Shown in pieces: positions 39,673 to 53,120 of a stretch of DNA of 64,000 nucleotides. Source of the DNA: Eledone cirrhosa (taxonomy: Eukaryota). The stretch is from NCBI GenBank assembly GCA_964016885.1, contig OZ024741.1, positions 272,056,001-272,120,000 of the forward strand, written 5' to 3'. Below the pieces are notes generated by a model. That model was not told where the DNA came from, did no database searches, and saw nothing but the letters and a program-made list of their open reading frames with translations. Every line of letters begins with the position of its first letter. Positions within the stretch are counted from its first letter, which is position 1. Both the position numbers and the translations under genes were made by a program.

Positions 39673-41014
39673 TTATAGATAATATTCAAAGGCTATGGAA
39701 AAAAACAACTGAAAGACGGACAGTACCATTTCCTCAGTCAACCCCTGGAAATTGGTTCGGTTTCAGTGGATATATGTGAATGCACACACACAGAGGCACC
39801 TATCCAAATATATATATGTACCCTTGTATTCTATTACTGCAGCCCCTTCTCCCACACCAGCCCCGTTGTAAATATACCATAGATCTACATATACAGTTAC
39901 CTATCATAACAGATTATGTACATATACTGTAATGTGGATAATGTATGTTTGTATGTATATGTATGTACAGTGTGTGTATATATGTATGTAAATATGTATG
40001 TGTATATATATATGTATGTATATGAATATAAATGTATGTATGTATATATATATATCTATATAAATGTATGAGTCAGACAGACGTAAATATAACTGCCATA
40101 ACAAGCCCCACATAGCAATGAAGCTCAAATTCCATAGAAAGCTAGTCCCATGTGCCTTGTGGTATTTACTTCCTTCTAACTTCTGAGTTCAAATCCTACC
40201 TAGGCCAATTTTGCCTTTCATCCTTCCAGTGTTGATAAAAGTACCAGTAAAATACTGGAGTTTATATAATTTGACCAGCCCGTAGCCCCAGCCCCTATAA
40301 ATTTGAAAATGATATTAATGAGAACAAACTTCAGGTTTTACCTTAGTACTTTTACTGGTACACATTATTGTTGGAAACTCCTGTCTCACCTCCTTCACAT
40401 ATGTTATGTGAATCTGGCCCCACCTGTACTAAGGTAACTTTGCTATACATTACTGTGAGAAACTCCAGTCTCACCTTTGCATTTGATCATTGCTGTTTTC
40501 ATATCAGGGATTGAGGGCATAATGATTTTTGAGATATTGAGGTGGGGCATAGTGCACAAAAGGTTGGGAACCACTGGAATAATTATCTAAAAAACTTCCA
40601 CCATAATTCTATCTATGAACTTTTGTTAAGTAATGTTCCAAATGCCAGCTTAACCTTGAGAAAGTTAATTATTTTACTAAATCCCTCTAAATTCTTGATT
40701 ATTTTTAAAACTAATTGAAAAACCATAGAGTATCTTTCATAAGAAATATGGTAATAAAATGGTTAAAACAAGACCACATGGTTATTATTGGGCTGGGACA
40801 CATTTGATCATAAATCAGCCTAATCATGGATAAGATGACCTAGGGTTAAACAACAACAACAACAATTTTTATGGTTAAATAACTGAATAGTAAAAAAACA
40901 AGTCTTGGTTAACAAACCCCACCTCTCTCACATCACACACACACATATATATATATATACACATACCCACATACACCTTATAACCAAACCACCTGCCAGA
41001 TGATTCAGTATCTC

Positions 41015-41730
41015 CCCCACTACCACCATCACCAAAACCAATACCACCACCATCACCACCACCAACCACCACCACCACTACAACCACCAACACCACTACA
41101 ACCACCAACACCACCACTACAACCACCAACACCACTGAATCACCACCACCAATACCTCCATACCATCACCACCAACACCATCATCATCATCATCATCACC
41201 AACACTACTACCACTACCAAACCACCATCATCACCAACACCACTACCATCACCACCAACAGCACCATCACCACCAACACCATCATCAACAACACCCCCAC
41301 CAACCACTATCATCAACACCACCACCACCACCACCATAACAGCAACAACAACATCCTGCTATGATAGCTGTGAGGTCGGCTGTTAAAGCAATTCAAGACA
41401 TTTTGGGAGGTCCTCTGCTGACCACCATCACCACAACAACAATAATAACCGCCACCACCACCATCACCAACACTACAACCACCACAACAACCACAACCAT
41501 CACAACCATAACACCATCACCACCACCCCAACCACCACCACCATCATCATCATCACAACAACCACATCCAGCACAACCACCACAACCACAACCACCATCA
41601 CCAACACTACAACCACAACACCATCACCACCACCACCACCATCATCATCACAACAACAACCACAACCGGCACAACCACCACCACCGCCATCACCACAACC
41701 ACTACCACCATCACCACCACAACAACAACA
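41015..41730. repeat. (CAC/CAA/CAT)n degenerate microsatellite
   Basis: Direct reading of the sequence. Confidence 0.9.
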
Positions 41731-41849
41731 TGGCAGAAAAATCACCACAGTGTGTGTATGTGTGTCTATGAGTTTATGTGTGTATGTCATCTTGTTTGTG
41801 GCTGTGTGGTTTTAGATGGAACTGTATGTATGTGAGTGTGTGTGTGTTG

Positions 41850-44150
41850 TGTTGTAGTGCGTGAGACACTATGTATGTGTGTGTGGTAGTGTGTGAGACA
41901 CTATGTATGTGTGTGTGGTAGTGTGTGAGACACTATGTATGTGTGTGTGGTAGTGTGTGATACACTATGTATGTGTGTGTGTGGTAGTGTGTGATACACT
42001 CTGTGTGTGGTAGTGTGTGAGACACTGTGTGTGTATGTGTGGTAGTGTGTGAGACACTGTGTGTGTGGTAGTGTGTGAGACACTATGTATGTATGTGTGT
42101 GGTAGTGTGTGAGACTTCTTGTATGTGTGTGTGGTAGTGTGTAATACACTATATATGTGTGTGGTAGTGTGTGAGACACTATGTATGTGTGTGTGGTAGT
42201 GTGTGATACACTATGTATGTGTGTGTGTGGTAGTGTGTGATACACTGTGTGTGTGTGTGTGGTAGTGTGTGAGACACTGTGTGTGTGTGTGTGTGTATGT
42301 GTGGTAGTGTGTGAGACACTGTGTGTGTGGTAGTGTGTGAGACACTATGTATGTATGTGTGTGGTAGTGTGTGATACACTCTGTGTGTGTGTGTGGTAGT
42401 GTGTGAGACACTGTGTGTGTGTGTATGTGTGGTAGTGTGTGAGACACTGTGTGTGTGTGTGTGTGTGGTAGTGTGTGATACACTATGTATGTGTATGTGT
42501 GTGTGTGGTAGTGTGTGATACACTCTGTGTGTGTGTGTGGTAGTGTGTGAGACACTGTGTGTGTGTGTGTGTGGTAGTGTGTGAGACTGTGTGTGTGTGT
42601 GTGTGGTAGTGTGTGAGACACTATGTATATGTGTGTGGTAGTGTGTGAGACACTATGTATATGTGTGTGGTAGTGTGTGAGACACTATGTATGTGTGTGT
42701 GTGTGGTAGTGTTTGAGACACTATGTATGTGTGTGTGGTAGTGTGTGAGACACTATGTATGTGTGTGTGGTAGTGTGTGAGACACTATGTATGTGTGTGT
42801 GGTAGTGTGTGAGACACTATGTATGTGTGTGTGTGGTAGTGTGTGAGACACTGTATATATGTGTGTAGTAGTGTGTGAGACACTGCGTATGAGATACTGT
42901 ATGTGCGTATGTGGTTGTATGTGTGAGAGACACTATGTATGTGTGTGTGTCATAGTGTGTGAGACACTGTGTTTATGTGTGAGGCACTATGTATGTGTGT
43001 GGTAATGTGTGTGAGACACTATGTATGTGTGTGGTAATGTGTGAGAGACACTATGTATGTGTGTGGTAATGTGTGAGAGACACTATGTATGTGTGTGGTA
43101 ATGTGTGAGAGACTGTATGTGTGTGGTAATGTGTGTGAGACACTATGTATGTGTGTGGTAATGTGTGAGAGACACTATGTATGTGTGTGGTAATGTGTGA
43201 GAGACACTATGTATGTGTGTGGTAATGTGTGAGAGACACTATGTATGTGTGTGGTAATGTGTGAGAGACACTATGTATGTGTGTGGTAATGTGTGTGAGA
43301 CACTATGTATGTGTGTGGTAATGTGTGAGAGACACTATGTATGTGTGTGGTAATGTGTGAGAGACACTATGTATGTGTGTGGTAATGTGTGAGAGACACT
43401 ATGTATGTGTGTGGTAATGTGTGTGAGACACTATGTATGTGTGTGGTAATGTGTGAGAGACACTATGTATGTGTGTGGTAATGTGTGAGAGACACTATGT
43501 ATGTGTGTGGTAATGTGTGAGAGACACTATGTATGTGTGTGGTAATGTGTGAGAGACACTATGTATGTGTGTGGTAATGTGTGAGAGACACTATGTATGT
43601 GTGTGGTAATGTGTGAGAGACACTATGTATGTGTGTGGTAATGTGTGAGAGACACTATGTATGTGTGTGGTAATGTGTGAGAGACACTATGTATGTGTGT
43701 GGTAATGTGTGAGAGACACTATGTATGTGTGTGGTAATGTGTGAGAGACACTATGTATGTGTGTGGTAATGTGTGAGAGACACTATGTATGTGTGTGGTA
43801 ATGTGTGAGAGACACTATGTATGTGTGTGGTAATGTGTGAGAGACACTATGTATGTGTGTGGTAATGTGTGAGAGACACTATGTATGTGTGTGGTAATGT
43901 GTGAGAGACACTATGTATGTGTGTGGTAATGTGTGAGAGACACTATGTATGTGTGTGGTAATGTGTGAGAGACACTATGTATGTGTGTGGTAATGTGTGA
44001 GAGACACTATGTATGTGTGTGGTAATGTGTGAGAGACACTATGTATGTGTGTGGTAATGTGTGAGAGACACTATGTATGTGTGTGGTAATGTGTGAGAGA
44101 CACTATGTATGTGTGTGGTAATGTGTGAGAGACACTATGTATGTGTGTGC
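41850..44150. repeat. About 32-bp minisatellite GTGTGTGGTARTGTGTGAGAGACACTATGTAT
   Basis: Period of 32 in the homogeneous right half; variable (GT)n length in the left half. Confidence 0.97.
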
Positions 44151-44462
44151 GATCCCTAGAAAAGATCTAGTTTATTACTTCAATTTCTGATACGTATTTT
44201 TTCAAATGTGGTACTTATTTTATCAATCCCATTTTGTCAAACTGCTAAGTTACTAGGTAAACAAAGACACACACATGCACACATGTATAAATATATCATC
44301 ATCATTCTCATCATAATTATCATCATCATTGTCATGTTATATCCTTTTCGCATGCTGGCATCAGATGGAAGGATGGATGGTCACTAGATGGCTCAGAGAA
44401 CCATATCTCATACATTCCACTTTCTCATAGTTTCTATGGCTCGAGGACCTTCCCAATGCCAA

Positions 44463-45818
44463 CCACTTTACAGGGTGTACTGCGTGCATTTTATCATGGC
44501 ACCAGCACCACCACTTTACAGGGTGTACTGCGTGCATTTTATCATGGCACCAGCACCACCACTTTACAGGGTGTACTGCGTGCATTTTATCATGGCACCA
44601 GCACCACCACTTTACAGAGTGTACTGCGTGCATTTTATCATGACACCAGCACCACCACTTTACAGGGTGTACTGCGTGCATTTTATTGTGACACCAGCAC
44701 CACCACTTTACAGGGTGTACTGCGTGCATTTTATCATGGCACCAGCACCACCACTTTACAGAGTGTACTGCGTGCATTTTATCATGACACCAGCACCACC
44801 ACTTTACAGGGTGTACTGCGTGCATTTTATTGTGACACCAGCACCACCACTTTACAGGGTGTACTGCGTGCATTTTATTGTGACACCAGCACCACCACTT
44901 TACAGGGTGTACTGCGTGCATTTTATCATGGCACCAGCACTACTACTTTACAGAGTGTACTGCGTGCATTTTATCATGGCACCAGCACTACTACTTTACA
45001 GGGTGTACTGCGTGCATTTTATCATGGCACCAGCACTACTACTTTACAGAGTGTACTGCGTGCATTTTATTGTGGCACCAGCACCACCCCTTTACAGGGT
45101 GTACTGCGTGCATTTTATCATGGCACCAGCACTACTACTTTACAGAGTGTACTGGGTGCTTTTTATTTTAGCACCTGCACTACCACTTTACAGAGTGTAC
45201 TGGGGGTATTTTATTGAAGTACCATCTCTATCACTTTAAAGAGTATAGTGACAGTATTTTATCATGGTACCAGAACTACCACTTTACTGAGTGTACTGGG
45301 TGTATTTTATCATGGCACCAGCACTACCACTACCACTTTACAGAGTGTAGTGGGTGTATTTTATTGTAGTACCAGCTCTACCCCTTTACAGAGTGTAGTG
45401 AGTGTATTTTATCCTGGTACCAACACTACCACTTTACAGAGTGTATTGGGTGTATTTTATCGTGGTACCAACACTACCACTTTACAGAATGTACTGGGTG
45501 TATTTTATCATGGCACCAGCACTACTGCTTTACAGAGTGTACTGGGTACATTTTATTTTGGCACCTGCACTACAACTTTACAGAGGGTACTGGGTGTATT
45601 TTATCATGGCACCAGCTCTACCACTTTACAGAGTATACAGGGTACATTTTATCATGGCACCAGCACTACTGCTTTACACAGTGTACTGGGTGTATTTTAT
45701 CATGGCACCAGCACAACTACTTTACAGAGTGTACTGGGTGTATTTTATCATGGCACCAGCACAACTACTTTACAGAGTGTACTGGGTGTATTTTATCATG
45801 GCACCAGCACAACCACTT
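44463..45818. repeat. 48-bp minisatellite, about 28 copies, derived from the RTE/SINE 3' UTR motif
   Basis: Unit CCACTTTACAGRGTGTACTGSGTGYATTTTATCATGGCACCAGCACYA; the left flank continues as a degenerate LINE/SINE tail on the minus strand. Confidence 0.92.
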
Positions 45819-45879
45819 TTAGCCTTTTAATAGAATTTGATAAAATTATTAGATGTTTTTTATATAAATAAATTCTCTC

Positions 45880-46180
45880 TACTACCACCATCACTACTAC
45901 TACTGCTACTACCTCTACCACTATTACCACTACTACTACTACTACCACCACCACCATTATTACCACTGCTACTACTACCACCACTGCTGCTACTAATACT
46001 ACTACTACTACTAACATGACCATCACCACAACTACAACTTCTACCACTACCCCTACCACCATAACTAATACTACTACTACTACTACCACCACCATCACTA
46101 CTACTAATACTACCACCACTACTACTACTACTAATACTACCTCCACCACTATTACCACTACTCCTACTACTACTAATACT
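45880..46180. repeat. (ACT/ACC)n microsatellite
   Basis: Direct reading of the sequence. Confidence 0.9.
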
Positions 46181-46691
46181 AATCTTGTTCTTAATCCTAA
46201 CCTGCCCCTCCCCCCTCATTGAACCCTGTATAATAAGCTGCTCAAGGTCCCTCCTACTCTCTCCTTGTTCTTAAGACATGGATGCCCTGAAGAAACTGGT
46301 TAATAAGCCTTCCTTTTGGAAATAAAGATACCCCAGAGCAGGTGAGGGTGGGAGTGAAGGGACTAGGTGTTGTTGTTGGTGCTGTGTTGCTTCTATGAAA
46401 GGGTGCTATAGATAAATAGGTAGATAGATAGATGGATAGATAGATAGAAAGAATGATAGGGTGATAGATAGATAGGGTGATCAATAGGTAGATAGGTTGA
46501 TAGATAGATAAACAGGTTAATATATATATATATATAATATAAGATCAAAAGATGGTTAAAAGAGTTCCAAGTATTTTATTATGCGCATTTCAAAAACAAA
46601 TATCATCATGGGATGATATTTTAAATCAACATATGTTGATTTAAAACTTCACTATTCACAAGTGTTTTTTAAGCTTCATATCATGTATCCC

Positions 46692-46749
46692 TATTTTATC
46701 TGATGAGAACGCAGATGATATTTGTTTTTGAAATGCGCATAATAAAATA
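46692..46749 (+). ncRNA. Minimal hammerhead ribozyme (family E) in fold-back cassette 46535-46875
   Basis: UAUUUUAU-CUGAUGA(46700)-GAAC-GCAGAU-GAU-AUUUGU-UUUU-GAAA(46730)-UGCGCA(palindrome)-UA-AUAAAAUA. Inverted partial copy at 46536-46607. Confidence 0.88.
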
Positions 46750-47639
46750 CTTGGAACTCTTTTAACCATCTTTTAATCTTATATTATTTATACTCCAGTC
46801 CTACAAACTGTAGAGTGCTACTTATCCGATATTTGCATTGCTTTATTGTGCTACAATAAAACTCACCTCCTACATATATATATAGTTTAAAAAATGAACA
46901 GAGAACAAAAAACAGAGAGGCAGTACAAATGATATGGTTTTTAGTTTCACGCTTGAGAATGGGGGGTGATATATATGTATGTATAGTATATTTGGTAATA
47001 TACCGTATGTTTAATTAAAAACATTTTGAAGACCTTGCGCTATCATTTTAAAGTAGTGACTATGTCACTTCTTTTTTCGGCAAAGGAAGGGAGAGAAGCT
47101 GACAGATTCTGTTTCACACTGTTGGTGTTGCTCAGAGCAATGTACTCCCCGACCTCTGCCGAAAATTATAGAGGCTGGTTTCTTATAGAATTCCAGTAAT
47201 AATCAGCGATTGCTGGTCCAGCAAAAATTAAAAATTAGGATTGGTGTTCTGAAATACATGAATGTATGTATAGTATAATATATATATATGTATATATAAA
47301 TAGATATGTTGATAGGTAGGTAGATAAACAGGTTGATTGATAAACAGGCAGATCAATAGGTAGGTTGATAAATAGATAGATAGATAGATAAATAGATAAA
47401 TAGAGTGAGAGAGCTGTGTGTGTCAATCAACAGAACAGCCTGCTTGTGAAATTAACATGTAAGTGGTTGAGTATTCCGCAGTCATGTGTATCCTTAACCT
47501 AGTTTACAGGGGTAGGTCTGGGAAGACACTTAGTGTGACATAATATAACAATTCTGGCCTCTCTTGGGTTACAAGTACAACTCTGATTTTAACCAGCTGA
47601 GTGAACTGGAGCAATATGAAATAAAGTGTCTTGTTCAAA

Positions 47640-47962
47640 TAGAGTTCGATTTAGATCTTGGGAGGGCCCGGGGCACTTCAGTTTTGGGGGACCCCTCATA
47701 CACCAAAAATTATAATACACAGCACCCCCACCCCAACAAAAATAAAATTTTATTTACATATCAAAGTTAACTTGGCGCAACTTTATTGGAATTGAAAAGT
47801 TATACATACAGGTATTAGATTAAGAATTCTAACTATCCTAAAACAAAAAAGCCCAGCTGAGGGCACAAATAAATTGCTATGGCCGTCGCTGGTGGGTCTC
47901 CCTACTGCAGGGGGCCCGGGGCAATTGCCGCCCTTGCCCCTCTCCCATTAAATCCGGCCCTG
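47640..47962. mobile_element. hAT-like MITE nested in a CORE-SINE (minus, 47594-48050)
   Basis: Right TIR TAAATCCGGCCCTG, degenerate left TIR, imperfect 8-bp TSD TGTTCAAA/TGCTCAAG. Confidence 0.65.
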
Positions 47963-48060
47963 TGCTCAAGGACACAACACACTGCTCAGTTTGGGAATTA
48001 AACTCACAATCTTTCAACCATGTACTGAACACTCTACCCACTAAGCCACCTACTTTGCTG

Positions 48061-48400
48061 TCATCATCATCATTTCATTTTACGTCCGCTTTTCCCTGCT
48101 TGCAAGGGTGGGACGGGAACTGATTCTGGCTTGATTTCTACAGCTGGATGCCCTTCCTAACACCAACCTCATTTACAGTGAGTACTGGGTGCTTTTTTTC
48201 CATGGCACCTCCACGACCACTTTGCAGTGGAATGATAGGGACCCCTGTCCCTATCATCTCATTTCTACAGCTGAGTAAACTGGAGCAATGTGAAATAAAG
48301 TGTCTTGCTCAAGGAAACAACACATCACCCGGTCTGAGAATTGAACTCACAACCTTTCGATTGCAAGGCCAATGCTCTAACCACTAAGCCATGTGCCTCC
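48061..48400 (-). mobile_element. CORE-SINE with RTE tail, near-identical to 5685-6034
   Basis: Reverse-complement match over the full length. Confidence 0.88.
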
Positions 48401-48697
48401 ATACAGTAACTAAATACTATAAAATATATTGTCTGACACTCTCCGAAGTGTTAACTATTTCATTATTATTTGTGTGGGTATACATATTTTTTCTTTGATA
48501 GTGAGGCTACCATATGTTTATTGTGTGTATATATAAACATATAGTATATACTTTCATATACATCCCTATTATGCTCAATGCGATGTTAGTGTTACTGCCA
48601 ATACATACATATATATCACGACTCACTATCACTTTTCTTCCACTATCCTCTTCTTATTTCACCTTCTCCATCTCACCCGTCTAATTTCGCATTCTTT

Positions 48698-48731
48698 CTT
48701 CTGATGAAGGACTAGCGTCCGAAACGTTAAG
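48698..48731 (+). ncRNA. Minimal hammerhead ribozyme, classic Penelope-type
   Basis: CUU-CUGAUGA-A-GGAC-UAGC-GUCC-GAAACGUU-AAG, with palindromic AACGUU in place of helix III. Confidence 0.8.
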
Positions 48732-48869
48732 CCTCTCTTCCTGCTATTTCAAGCGTTAAACTATTATATTCCTTCCATATACTGTACTGTTTGTGTTGTT
48801 ATTTCTTTTTATATATATATAAATAATCATTTTACTGTCTGCTTTCTCTCTATATATATACACACACAG

Positions 48870-48910
<41 letters not shown>

Positions 48911-48935
48911 CAAACACACACACACACACACACAG

Positions 48936-48994
<59 letters not shown>

Positions 48995-49346
48995 CACACA
49001 TCCCTCTCTCTCTGTCTATCATCCTGTCTATCTATCTATCTACCTACCACCCTATTTGTCTATCAATCTATCTATCCCCAGGGAGAGAGCCTTACCCCCT
49101 TTCTGCCCCCTGTACCTTACTACGCGTTACGTGAGTCATAAAGAACCTATGTTATTACATGTCTACACAGATTAAACCTTTCTCACCATCCTCATTAACC
49201 AACTTCTTTAATAAGCCTCAGGTAGGATTCACTTTAGTTTGAAAAACTTCCAAGAAACACAACTTTCATTCCTCCCCCTCCTCCTCCCCTTCAAATATCA
49301 AATGCATGCATATATGTATACATGCAGACAGTATATTGTTGGCTTG

Positions 49347-49403
<57 letters not shown>

Positions 49404-49408
<5 letters not shown>

Positions 49409-52091
49409 CAGATTCTATGAGACACTGATGCTCACTACCTCCCAAATATCCGACAGTGACTATATAATTATTGCAGGCGACCTAAATGGTCACGTTGGAC
49501 AACATTGTGACGGCTATGACGGAATCCATGTAGGCTATGGGTTCGGTACTAGAAATGAGGACGGCTCCAGAATCCTGGAATTCTGTGACGCAAATAACCT
49601 AACTATCTGTAACACTCACTTCAAAAAACGAGACAATCACTTGATCACCTATAGATCAGAGGAATACGCCAGTCAGATATATTATATCCTTACCAGAAGA
49701 CGTGACAGAGTGTCTGTTGTAAACACTAAATCCCTCCCCCATGAAGAATGCACCTCCCAACATAGACTGATAATTAGCGACCTCATAGTCAGGACGAGAC
49801 GTACTAGACAGCAGAAGAGGACTATCCTCAGGAGAGAAATATGGAAGCTGAAGGACCCCACAGCCAGAAATAAATTGCAAAGCATATTACTTGATGCTTT
49901 CGACAGTAAGGAAGAGCAATTAGAGTCATACAATATAGAGGAACAGTGGGAATTCCTGAAAGCAAACCTGCTGACGGCGGCAGACGAAGTCTGTGGCTGG
50001 AGCAGGCCTGTAGGCAGGAGGAGAGTAACATGGTGGTGGAACAGTAAGGTGGAGGAGTCAATTAAGGCCAAAAAGCAGGCTTGGAAAGTATGGCGGGATG
50101 GGGGAAGTAAAGAAGACTATCAAGTGGCCAGGAGGGAAGCTAGGAGACAAGTGTACTTCGCAAAAAGGGAAGCAGAGGAAAGAAAGTTCAAGCATGTTCT
50201 ACAACGTGAGGACCAAAAACGTGAGGTGTTCAGGATTGCTAGGCAATGTGTCAAGGAAAACCGTGATATTGTCGGGGAGAAGTGTGTACTTAATGATGAT
50301 GGCGTACTTGCCATCACTGACGCTGATAAGAAGGTAGCTTGGAAGTGTCACTACGAAAGGCTTCTAAATGAGGAGAATAAATGGGAGAAAGACAGTCTCC
50401 CCCACATCGACCCAATAGAGGGACCAGCAGTGTTAGTCGAAGGTAGTATAATAAGTAAGGCAATCAAAGATATGAAGACGGGTAAGGCGGCTGGGCCTTC
50501 GGAAATAGTTGCTGAGATGCTGAAAGCCTCTGGAACGGTGGGACACACCATGGTCACCCGGATAGTAAACCAAGTCATACAGAATGGGGTTGTTCCGAAG
50601 GACTGGCGTAGCAGCATCATCATTAACTGTTACAAGGGTAAAGGAGATGCCCTAGATAGGAGTAACTATAGAGGCATTAAATTAATCGACCAGGTCATGA
50701 AGGTCACGGAAAAAGTAATAGCGCAACTAATCAGAGAGAGAATTGATCTAGATGAAATGCAGTTCGGGTTTGTGTCAGGCAAAAGTACCACAGACGCTCT
50801 TTTCATTGTACGACAACTACAGGAGAAGTACCTAGCTAAAAGTAAACCCCTATACTTAGCTTTTGTTGACTTGGAGAAAGCCTTCGACAGAGTCCCCTGT
50901 TCCATTATCTGGTGGGCTCTTAGAAAACTAGGTGTTGACGAATGGCTTGTGAGAGCTATACAAGCCATGTATAAAGAAACAGTCAGCAAGGTTAGAATTA
51001 ACAACGAATATAGTGAAGAGTTTAGCATAAAAGTTGGTGTTCATCAGGGCTCTGTTCTTAGCCCCCTACTATTTATTATTGCCCTTCAGGCTATAACAGT
51101 GGAGTTCAAGACCGGCTGCCCATGGGAACTCCTATATGCAGATGATCTAACGCTCATAGCTGAATCAATGGCCGAGCTAGAGAAGAAATTCCAAACATGG
51201 AAGCACGGCCTAGAATCAAAAGGCCTTAAAATTAACCTGGCTAAGACTAAAGTTCTAGTTTGTAGGAAAGAAAATAAGGCGCCGGTCCCTTCTGGGAAAT
51301 GGCCATGCTCAGTGTGTAGGAAAGGCGTAGGTAGAAACTCCATTTTATGTCCCAAATGCAAAGTATGGGTGCATAAAAGATGTAGTGGGATCACAGGTAA
51401 GCTAACTAAGAACATAGATTTTACATGTGGCCGGTGCACTGGTGCAATAAGTAGCAGCAAGTGCCCACAAAATACTAGCTCTTTCAATTGCGCAGAGGGT
51501 TCTATAGAAATAGTGGACAGCTTCCGTTACCTGGGTGACAAAATCAGCAGTGAGGGAGGGTGCTCTGAAAGTACAGTAGCTAGAGTCAGAACTGGATGGA
51601 AAAAGTTCAGAGAGCTTATACCACTATTAGCCGCTAAAGGGTTCTCCCTAAAAATGAAAGGCAGGTTGTATGATGCCTGCATACGAACAGCAATGTTGCA
51701 TGGCAGTGAGACCTGGGCATTGTGTGCAGAGGATATACGCAGACTAGAGAGGAACGAAGCTTGCATGCTCCGCTGGATGTGTAATAGTAATATACGTGAA
51801 CGGCAAAGCATAAACGAACTAAGGGAAAAATTAGAAATAAGAGGGATCAGATGTTGTTTACTCGAGAGAAGGCTACATTGGTATGGTCACGTGATGCGCA
51901 TGAAAGACGACAGCTGTATAAAAAAGTGCAGGGCAATAAAGATAGACGGTAGCCACGGAGTAGGCAGACCCAGAAAAACCTGGGACGACCTGATAAATTC
52001 CGACCTCACACACTTACACCTCTCCAAGACAATGTCACTGGACCGAGATCCTTGGCGGTACTCAGTAATAGAGAAGACCCGCCTTGCCTAA
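49404..52091 (+). CDS. RTE ORF: partial AP endonuclease, RT, PHD-like finger and C-terminal domain; open across the remnant
   Basis: IIAGDLNGHVG, TSQHRL, YKGKGD..NYRGIKL, QFGF, DLEKAFD, YADD. The predicted start at 49239 is flanking DNA. Confidence 0.93.
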
Positions 52092-52502
52092 ATACAAAGT
52101 AAACCTACTACAGTCAGTAGGCATCTCTAACAAAATACGCCCACGTCACCCCCCCCCCCCCCCCCCCCCACCCCACCCCCCCATCCACACCACCCCTTTC
52201 AATGTAAAGGTATGTTGGTGTCACAACATCCAGGCCGAAACAAATGAGATCGTGTAGGTGTCACGACAAAAAACACACAGTCCACGCTGTAATGTGGCCG
52301 TGTAGGCAACACGGTAAAAACCTCCCAGACCCACACTGTAAATGTGGTTGGTGTTAGGAAGGGCATCCAACTGTAGAAAACCCGCCAGACAGTTCTATGC
52401 GAGCAAGACAACCACTCTTGCCTCAAGTGGGAAAACTCCCGTCCAAACCCATGCAAGCGTGGAACATGGACGTTAAACGATGATGATGATGATGATGATG
52501 AT
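49404..52502 (+). mobile_element. RTE-clade LINE, subfamily 1, 5'-truncated in the APE domain
   Basis: Begins directly after (TA)n; ends in (GAT)n then TA. Confidence 0.96.
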
Positions 52503-52748
52503 ATATATAAATAAAAATTTTCGCTCTACATGGCTGAATACAATAAATGTAATCTGAGTTTTTCGAATATTAATAATAACATTTGATTCATTTGCAATTA
52601 TGCAAACAAGCCTTGTCAGTAGAATGAACCCTTCATTCTTGTTCTTGTACTGGCATGTGAACAGAACTGCAGTAAAATTAAGGCTTGTTTGCATAATTGC
52701 AAATGAATCGAATGTTATTATTAATATTCGAAAACCTCAGATTACATT

Positions 52749-52801
<53 letters not shown>

Positions 52802-52852
52802 TTCGATAAGGATTATATATATATATATAATATATATATAAACCTGCAAAGC

Positions 52853-53058
52853 AAATATTTATTATAAGAACAGATTAAAGTTTAACCAAAGAATCGCTGC
52901 TTTCACCCTTAACGGGATCTTCAGAAGGGTGAAAGCAGCGATTCTTTGCTTAAACTTTAATCTGTTCTTATAATAAATATATATATATATATTTTATATA
53001 TATATTATCCTTTTTGAGTCCTCTTCGGTTTTTAGTCTTCGCATTTATTATTATTACT
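52853..53058. mobile_element. Family F fold-back cassette with HHR motif
   Basis: Inverted repeat 52853-52911 / 52925-52981. Minus strand reads CUGAAGA-UCCC-GUUAA-GGGU-GAAA-GCAG..-UU-AAACU. Confidence 0.7.
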
Positions 53059-53074
53059 ATATATATGTCTGCTG

Positions 53075-53120
53075 TTGTCTGATGACCCAGTGATAAACAG
53101 GCGAAACTCCAGAGTAACAA
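53075..53120 (+). ncRNA. Minimal hammerhead ribozyme (family H)
   Basis: UUGU-CUGAUGA(53079)-weak helix II-GAAA(53103)-CUC-CA-GAG-UA-ACAA; AATAAA downstream. Confidence 0.72.

Noticed and set aside
37620-40430. Short unique segments with AG/GT boundaries on the minus strand (e.g. about 40342-40423, WGQIHITYVKEVRQEF...) and on the plus strand at about 46276-46341
   Set aside because: They could be small exons, but no recognisable protein or consistent frame emerges; RNA-seq would be needed.
44388-45871. CRISPR-like or repeat-protein appearance of the 48-bp and 46-bp arrays
   Set aside because: Units are contiguous with no unique spacers, there are no cas genes, and the context is eukaryotic.
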